64,000 bases of DNA. It comes from Chrysomallon squamiferum. Lineage: Eukaryota > Animalia > Mollusca. Shown here in pieces: positions 51,883 through 61,387 of the stretch (the first letter of the stretch is position 1; every line of letters begins with the position of its first letter). Where the stretch lies: contig CM022667.1 in the NCBI GenBank assembly GCA_012295275.1, positions 3,162,001 through 3,226,000 of the forward strand. The letters run 5' to 3'. The position numbers and the translations under genes were made by a program. Below the pieces are notes generated by a model, which saw nothing but the letters and a program-made list of their open reading frames with translations, was not told the DNA's origin and did not search any database.

Positions 51883-52614
51883 GAAAAAAAAAAAATCTTT
51901 ATTTATAAAATTGAAAATTGGAAATTGGTTTTTAACTGATCCGAGAACAGTGATCCAACAGATACTTTCCCAAAACGTGTATCCACTGTAGGTCCATCTT
52001 CTGACAGAAATATATTCCAGTGGCGTTCTACTGAGTTAGACTCTAAGTTTTTTAACATCAGAAGACTCGACAAGAGGAAGTCTGAAGTGCAAAGAATTAG
52101 TATGACTTAGTTGCGTAACCGTATGCTACGAAATATTCTAACTCAAAACAAACAAAACAAACTTTACTAAAAAAAATTATGACGAATTAGCAACTGCTAT
52201 ATTTTACAGAAAGTATTGTAAGACCTGTTCTAAAGATGATGATTATTATAGCTACCTACAGATGTAATGAAACATTTTGTTTATAGTCTCCTTGGAAATT
52301 CCCTGCCAATTGTGACCCAAATAAAAATAATCTAAGTCCTCTTGTCAGTTTTATAAGGTGTAGTATTTACTGAACTTGTTAAAAAAGGAATTGTAACGTT
52401 GTTGTCATTATGATGTCATGCCCTCAACTACACTGAGGCACGTGAGGCGAGGCAAACTGACGATTTTTTTTAAATGGCTGCCGAACCTCTCGCCCAAACT
52501 GTTTTGCCTTGTTGCGCTCGCCAATTAAGTGTTTTGTTTAAAAAAGAGTCGAGTTACGTCCCTTTATGTATTCATATTGCAGAGGTATTTACGTGCATAA
52601 TAAGTTTGTATGTA

Positions 52615-52709
52615 AGCGGCACAATACTACATTTCAGTTAAATACTGAATATTAATTTCACAGCGGCACAATACTACATTTCAGTTAAATACTGAATATT
52701 AATTTCACA
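52615..52709. repeat. Perfect 47-bp tandem duplication
   Basis: agcggcacaatactacatttcagttaaatactgaatattaatttcac occurs twice. Confidence 0.88.
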
Positions 52710-52895
52710 AATGAAGTTAGCTTATGCAGAATATAATCAGTTCAGTGTTTCATTATCTTGATTAAAATATACATGTACATTTTATTTTCAGTTTATTGTT
52801 CATTATTTATTTCTCTACATTTTCAGAGAGAGTATTATAGACTTTTAAATGCAACATACTGAAATATTCCAGAAATACTATTTTTGATTAGCAGT

Positions 52896-52962
52896 GCATC
52901 CCACAGACAGTATATTCCAGTCATGGTGCACTAGTTGGAACAAGAAATGGCCCAATGGACAC
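52896..52962 (-). mobile_element. Degenerate SINE fragment (same family, opposite orientation)
   Basis: catcccacagacag...ccagtcatggtgcactagttggaacaagaaatggcccaatgg resembles the reverse complement of the same recalled SINE. Confidence 0.4.
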
Positions 52963-53411
52963 AGAGACAGTGTAAAAAAAACAAAAAACTGTGGGTTGTG
53001 AGGTGAATTCAAAGTAAACAGTTGGGCGATCTATTGTAAATGTTTAACTATTACAAATAGTCTTGACAATGCAGCTTTAAGACCCGTGTCATTTGTTATA
53101 TTCTCGTTTTTTTACTTTTCTTTTTCTTTGCACTAAAATAAACCATGCAGCAAGATCAGCTTAATACCAAAATATACTAACCAGCTATTATTTTTGAACC
53201 AATCACGTGACACTTAATTCTTAATGCTCCCAGTAATTTTTGACTGGCCATTTAATTCATTCTAAGGAAGGTTCTGTCATAAACAGGCTCTAAATCCGTT
53301 TGTCGAAATGCTTGGAACCGAATTGTGTTTCGGATTTTGCTATATAAGGAAATAGACAATATCAAAGCTAATAACAGTTGCTTGCGCCAGTAAAAAAAAA
53401 GAGAAGAGACA

Positions 53412-53459
<48 letters not shown>

Positions 53460-53691
53460 TTTTAAATATAATACAATCGTTTTGCTTTTCCACATCATAA
53501 TGAGCTTGAACAATAACCGACTAATGACAGGTCAAGTAATGATAACGTACATTTGTCTGCCAATTTCATGTCATACCATAGTCTGAGAATATAAATAAAT
53601 AAATAAACAAACAAAAGTCTAATCACAATTTAAATAATGTTACTGTTTAGTTGCCTGCCATTTTCTCTTCATGTTACATCATAGTATATAA

Positions 53692-53722
<31 letters not shown>

Positions 53723-54002
53723 ACGTCTAATAACAATTCAAATAATGTGAATATTCGGTTTATGTAAATAGTTTGCTTATGTATTTTTTTTTTATATATA
53801 TGTGGATTTTGTATGTCTGTATGTATCTGTATAATATGTATGTCGTTCCGTATTATACATATATTATTTATTTTTAATGTAATTATTTTTTCTATTTTTT
53901 TTTTTTTTTTTTTTTTCTTTCTTTTTTTTTTTTATTTTGAGAAATAAAAATACTTGTATATTAAACAGGATTAAAATACAGGTTATTTTCCAATCACAGC
54001 TG

Positions 54003-54038
<36 letters not shown>

Positions 54039-54233
54039 TATAAATAAATACAAAGAAAAAATACTGGACAATGGAAATGATTGATGACTTGAAGGTCAAG
54101 GTTTCCAAGACAGATAACTCTAGAGAGATCGAAAACAAATGTCGATGTAGAAATTTACAATCTTTGATACCAGTTATGAATTCAGATTCATTTAACTTTG
54201 ATATCTAACTAAATGGTGGAATTGTGATTAACC

Positions 54234-56167
54234 ATGAGTAACCATGGCTTAGCGTTCAGGATCGATAACCGACTCGGAAGCAGTGTCTTTTCAGGATCCA
54301 CTGATGAGGATTCGACCTACCCCGAACAAATTGCCAAAAGACTAGACAACTTTTATTTTGTTTGTAAGTCTTTATTACTCATTTATATTGGAAATGCATA
54401 TGGGGAATAAAATACAGGCTGATTTACAAAAGATAATGATAATATTAGTTACGATTTCTGTTTTACTACATAATGATAATAACCAGAGCTTATTAAGTTA
54501 TTGTGAACTGAACATCCAGTTGAACTGAGAAAGGCAAATATTGAAATAATATGAATTCAATGCTGCTTCATAATTTATTGTGTTAATTAAAATTTGATCA
54601 AATATGCTTACAGTTTCCGAATTAACTTAAAGAATAATTTCTTCTTAACCGCACAAATGAATTACTTGTGGAGGTTTAATAAAAATTATTTGTAAATCAG
54701 TCATATGCTAATTAATCAGAGTATTGAAACGTAAACATCTAAGAGCATTTAAAAATTGTTAGCATACTTATAACAAATAAATTATTATTATTATTATATA
54801 TTTTATAAAAAATGAATATATTTATATTTTATATTTATTTTATTTTTTTATTTGTGTATGTTTTATTTATTTATTTATTTATTTATTTATTTTATTATCA
54901 ATATTATTATTATTTATTTTATATTTATTAATCTTTTTTATTTATTATTCAGTAAAACGTCAGATTCTACAATATCAGAGTTGTCCTCTTGGTCTGTTTC
55001 CATCATGTGGAAAGCCAAACAACCCATCAAAGATTGCTTACGTTCGCGACAGCATTTACTGTGCAGTAGCTGCATGGGCTTTGTCTCAGTCTTACAGGTA
55101 TTTTTACGTTTGATCTCTTCATTAACAATGTACATCACCACAAACAAACTGCACTGTAGTGAAAGTAGACTATGAGTAATCCCAGATCCAGAATGTGTTT
55201 GATAAAAACATCATGTAACACTTGGTGATTATGTTGCAACTCATTGTATTGAGACGCTAAAATGATGTATGAGAAATAAAATAGTGAATCTACAGCAGTC
55301 ACTTGTTACAAGATAAATGAAAATCATGAATGCTATAACAGTCACTTGTTACAAGGGAAATGAAAATCATGACGTATCAGTCATGAGTTACAAGATAAAT
55401 GAAAATCATGAATGTCAGTCTTGTTACAAGAAAAGTGAAAATTAATAATACTGTTTAAAAATAGATAAAAAAAATAGGTTTATTTTAATATTTTATTTTG
55501 TAGACATATAGATGATGATCAAGGTAAAAATAGGTATATTTTAATTTATTTTATTTTGTAGACATAGATGATGATCAAAGTAAAAATAGGTATATTTTAA
55601 TTTATTTTATTTTGTAGACATAGATGATGATCAAGGTTAAAAAGGTATATTTTAATAAAATTTTATTTTGTAGACATATAGATGATGATCAAGGTAAAAC
55701 TCACGAGCTTGGACAAATTGCTGTGAAATGTATGAGAGGAATTCTTTTTTGTTGGATTCGCCAAGCAGAAAAGGTGAGCTCTGCATGTGTGTTTTGTGAT
55801 CTGTGTGTGTTTGTAGATGTGTATGTATGTAGTCTGTAGATGTTTGTATGTTTGTGTGTGTTTGTTTATAGTTTGTAGGCATTTGTAGTTAATGTGTGCA
55901 TGTATGTATAGCTTGTAGATGATGTGTATGTCTTTAGATGTATATATGTGTAGTCTGGGTTTTTTTGTAGATGTGTATATGTGTGTGTATGTGTGTAGTC
56001 TGTAGATGTTTGTAGATATGTTTGTGTCTTTAGATGTATGTATGTTTGTGTGTGTTTTTATAGTTTTTAGGCATTTGTAGATAATGTGTGTGGATGTATG
56101 TGTTGTTTGTAGATGTTATGTGTCTTTAGATGTATCTATATGTAGTCTATAGGTGTTTGTAGATGTC

Positions 56168-56203
<36 letters not shown>

Positions 56204-59200
56204 GTTTCTAAATGATACTGTATGTATCCATGTGTAGTCTATAGGTGTTTGTAGATGTGTGTGTGTGTGTGTGTGTACATGATTGATAATCTTTTTCAAT
56301 CTTATACCTTTATTTATTACTTTATTATTATTTTATTATTTTATTTTTATTATTATTGCTGTAGTTGTTGTTATTAAATAAAAGGTGTTTTTACAGGTAG
56401 AGCAGTTTAAATCAAATCAGAGTCCAGAGTTTGCTTTGCACACCGTGTTTGATATAGCAACAGGTGACCCCGTGTACTCAACTTCAGAATATGACCACCT
56501 ACAGGTAACCATAGCAACTTTATCACATTATTTTTGTGTGTACTTGACTTCAGAATATGATCACCTACAGGTAACCATAGCATCACATTCATTTTACTGG
56601 ACTTCATATGACCACCTACAGGTTTTTATCACATTCTTTTTGTGTGTACTTAACTTCAGAATATGATCACCTACAGGTAACCATAGCAACTTTATCACAT
56701 TATTTTTATGTGTACTTGACTTCAGAATATGATCACCTACAGGTAACCATAGCAACTTTATCACATTCATTTTATGTGTACTGGACTTCAGAATATGACC
56801 ACCTACAGGTAACCATAGGACCACCTTAACTTCAGGATAGGACCACCTACAGGTAACCATAGCAATTTTATCACATACTTTTCACATTAGAATCTTAGTT
56901 AAAGGAAATTCACTCAGGAATTTATCCTGATGATGAGTTTTTTCATAGAGCTTGCACAGTAAAATTAAGATTTTAAATAAAAATTGATTAGAAGAAACCA
57001 AAATATTAAATTTATATTTCATTTTTGGTACATTAAAATGTCACAAACATACTATATGGGATTTGTCAGAAGAATGTAATAAAAATGATCATCAGTATTA
57101 TGTTATTATTTTCCTCCAACTCAGTATTTACTTACAATTATTTTATTTCATAATGTACATTTTTATTTTTGTTTAGATTGATGTCATAGCCTTCTATCTG
57201 ATCTATCTAGTACAGATGATTAGCTCAGGACTTCAGGTAAATTTTATTATTTTCACATACGTCAGTGAACTTAGGTTTAATAAATGAATGTGTGTGTGTG
57301 TTGTGTGTGAATGTTGGTCTATGCATTCATTTGTTTGTATGTGTATGTATTTCATTATTTACCTCCACTTTTCTTTTCTATTATTTCATTTTTATTTTTA
57401 AATATATTTTAAAATTAGAAATACAGATTTTTAAAAACATTATTAATCTTAAATTATTTTTTAAATTATATGATTTATAAATTTATTTATTTTTAGATAA
57501 TATTTTCCTCTGACGAGGTGAAGTTCATTCAGAATCTTGTGTTCTACGTGGAGAGAGCATACAGGACACCAGACTTTGGTATGTGGGAGAGAGGCAGCAA
57601 GTACAACAATGGTTCCACAGAAATACACGCAAGGTAAGAGATTCCCAGTCATTCAGTCAACAGACATTTAGCTGAATGTTATATGTGATATTGGACAATG
57701 CATATGATATTTATAACATATTTCATTATGGTATCATACAAAGGATAAAAAAGAATCATACATTATATTTGATACATATGGTATTGTGAAGCAAGTGTAT
57801 CATTACACTAAAGCAGTTTTTCATAACAAACATACAATGACTATGTTAAACCATAGAGTTGTGGTTGGAATGGGAGATTTCCATCAAAGAGAATTGAATC
57901 TGTAGTTATTACTGCCTAAGGCAGTGTTTCAGTTCTATGGGAATGGCAAAGGCAGCTCTAGAGGCTATCAATGATTTTATTTTATTTGTCTTGTGTTTCA
58001 GTTCTGTTGGAATGGCAAAGGCAGCTCTAGAGGCTATCAATGATTTTATTTTTCTTGTGTTTCAGTTCTATTGGAATGGCAAAAGCAGCTCTAGAGGCTA
58101 TCAATGATTTTATTTTATTTGTCTTGTGTTTCAGTTCTGTTGGAATGGCAAAGGCAGCTCTAGAGGCTATCAATGATTTTATTTTTCTTGTGTTTCAGTT
58201 CTATTGGAATGGCAAAAGCAGCTCTAGAGACTATCAATGATTTTATTTTATTTTTCTTGTATTTCAGTTCTATTGGAATGGCAAAAGCAGCTCTAGAGAC
58301 TATCAATGATTTTATTTTATTTTTCTTGTGTTTCAGTTCTATTGGAATGGCAAAAGCAGCTCTAGAGGCTATCAATGATTTTATTTTATTTTTCTTGTGT
58401 TTCAGTTCTACTGGAATGGCAAAAGCAGCTCTAGAGGCTATCAATGATTTTATTTTAGTTTTTCTTTTTCAGTTCTGTTGGAATGGCAAAGGTTTCTAGA
58501 GGCTATCAGTTTCAGTTCTGTTGGAATGGCAAAAGCAGCTCTAGAGGCTATCAATGATTTTATTTTATTTGTCTTATGTTTCAGTTCTATTACAAAAGCA
58601 GCTCTAGAGACTATCAATGATTTTATTTTTCTTGTGTTTCAGTTCTATTGGAATGGCAAAAGCAGCTCTAGAGGCTATCAATGATTTTATTTTATTTTTC
58701 TTGTGTTTCAGTTCTACTGGAATGGCAAAAGCAGCTCTAGAGGCTATCAATGATTTTATTTTAGTTTTTCTTGTTTCAGTTCTGTTGGAATGGCAAAGGC
58801 AGCTCTAGAGACTATCAATGATTTTATTTTATTTTTCTTGTGTTTCAGTTCTACTGGAATGGCAAAGGCAGCTCTAGAGGCTATCCAGTTCTGTTGGAAT
58901 GACAAAAGCAGCTCTAGAGGCTATCAATGATTTTATTTTTCTTGTGTTTCAGTTCTATTGGAATGGCAAAGGCAGCTCTAGAGGCTATCAATGGAGCTAA
59001 TCTGTTTGGTGAGCAGGGTGCTGCCTGGTCAGTGATCTATGTTGATGTGGACGCTCATAATCGAAACAGGACAATTTTTGAAAGCATTTTACCTCGAGAG
59101 TCCAACTCTAAAGTAAGCAGAAAATTAAATCTAAATAAAGAATATTTTTGCTGACCAATTGAAAACCACAGAAAAGTGACATGGTTTCCATTTTGAAATG

Positions 59201-60325
59201 AGCGATCAAACATTTTGATGATACAGCAGTAAATAAAATGAACTAATAAATATTTACTTGTGGTTTTTAACTTGTATTTTATTTGAATAATTAAATAATA
59301 AATTTGTATAAAATAACTTTCAGAAAAGATTAATATATGCTTATACAGTTTGTATTAAATGGCCTTTGTTCCTTTTTTTTTTGAAGCAAATTTTAAATTA
59401 AATACTTTTTACAGTTAAATATATTTTTAAAGTAAATAGAGGTTTAAAAAGTTTTATAAAATTTGTATTAATTTTATGTGTAGTTATAATATAGCTTTTG
59501 CTTTAAAAAAAATAATTTGAAAAAAAAATAATAAATCAAATATATTTTATTTTAAAATAAAATTAGGAATCAGTGTTTCTTACCTCCTAGCAAATAAAAA
59601 GCTGGAATAATAATTATAGCAAAAGTATTATATTAAAATATATTAAATCAAAAATATGGAAGTATAGATTTTGTATTAATGAAATAAAAGAGGAACTTGT
59701 AAGAAATTTAAAAAAAAGTGAATTTTTATGCAAATAATAATGAATAATAATGAAAAAAAAATACTTTGTTTATTCACCGAATACAGATTATTGTTAAATC
59801 AATTCTAGAATTTTCTCACACATTTCATTTCTTTCCTGCAGAATACAGATGCATCTCTGCTTGCTATAGTTAGCTGGCCAATATTTGCCATTCACGAGAA
59901 AGATGTGAAGAAAAAACAATATGCAAAGCAGTTAGGAAGTTAGAAGGAAGATATGGATTCAAACGATATTTTCGTGATGGTTACAAAACCGTCATAGAAG
60001 ATAAAAACAGAAAATACTACAGACCTGCAGAAATTAAAGTAGGAAAATTTTAGATTTTTCAAAAAATTATTATGAAATTAATCTGTAAATAACTCAGGTT
60101 TTATTTTTTTATAATAAAAAATGTTTTAATTTTTTTTGTATATTTGTTGGTATTTGTTTTATTGTTAATTAAATTTGAATTTAATATTATTGTTATTATT
60201 TCAGAATAACTACATTTAATTATTATTAAAAAAATTGTTAATTAAATGTTGTTTATAAGACTGAGATAAAATTTTGTTAATTAATTAGATTAAATAAGTT
60301 AATTTATTGATTAATAGGAAGAATT

Positions 60326-60376
<51 letters not shown>

Positions 60377-61352
60377 ATTTTTAAAAACTTTTATTTCAGA
60401 AGAGCAATGTTAGCAGAATCCTAACACATTATATATTAATACAGCTTATTATTAATTTTTTGTTTTAAAATAATATTCTCACTGTTAATTAAAGTAAATT
60501 AAATATTATTTATTTCAGAATTTTGATGGTATTGAGTGTGAATGGCCAATGTTTTACATCTATCTTATTATCGATGGTATGTATTACAAATTTTATACTT
60601 TTATTATCATTTCAATATATACCCATAAACAGAAACAGATGCTCACACACACACACACACACACACACACATAAGTAGATTTCTCTGTCTCTCTCTCCCC
60701 TCTCTCTCTCTCTCTGTCTCTAAATATTTATTTATTGGAACCATGATAAACATCCTTTCAAGAAACAAAATTATGTGATTGTTTGCGCATGTGAGCATGT
60801 ATATATAAATATATATTTCCACAGTAAGTGTACAAACAAACAATGTATATTTATACTCTGTATTAATATCAATTTGTCTGTCTGTAATTCTAAGGTGCAT
60901 TTTAAATATTATTTATCTGTTAGGTGTCTGTAGGCTATATAAGTAAACTAATTATTATTATTATTATTATTATTATTTTTAATTAATACATTTTTGTCTT
61001 TCAGCTTATTTCAGCGAGGATACTAAAAGCAGAGAAATGTACTCCAAGAAGTTAGAGTCACTACTCATAGAAAGCAAGGATGGTAAGAACTGTTTTTAAT
61101 TACTTTACATCTTTCTAATTAGTTAATTAATGTCGTTTTGCATATTTGCACTCTAATTTTATTTATTTACAAACAGGCACGTGAACTTATCTGCTCCATT
61201 ATCAAATCAGTGATATAAAAATCATCAAGAACTGGTCTTTTTAAACTAACATCAACAACAAGTTGATAACATAAAATAAATGTAATATTTTTGAAATGAT
61301 AGTGTTTTTAGTGAAGACCAGGCAGTTCTGTTCTTATTATTTACTGCAATTA

Positions 61353-61387
<35 letters not shown>

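Noticed and set aside
52474-52584. Possible alternative first PHKB exon MAAEPLAQ...HIAE|gt
   Set aside because: It ends in phase 0, but the available downstream acceptors (54294, 54952) need phase 1, and there is no similarity to PHKB. It may only be promoter or 5'UTR sequence.
58040-58808. ORFs repeating [15 protein letters not shown] as separate genes or mutually exclusive exons
   Set aside because: The copies contain only the first ~41 nt of exon 7 and lack their own donors, so they are partial junction duplicates.
57925-58993. CRISPR-like appearance of regularly spaced repeats (also 17211-17531 and 56472-56875)
   Set aside because: There are no unique spacers and no cas genes, the context is eukaryotic, and whole units are duplicated.
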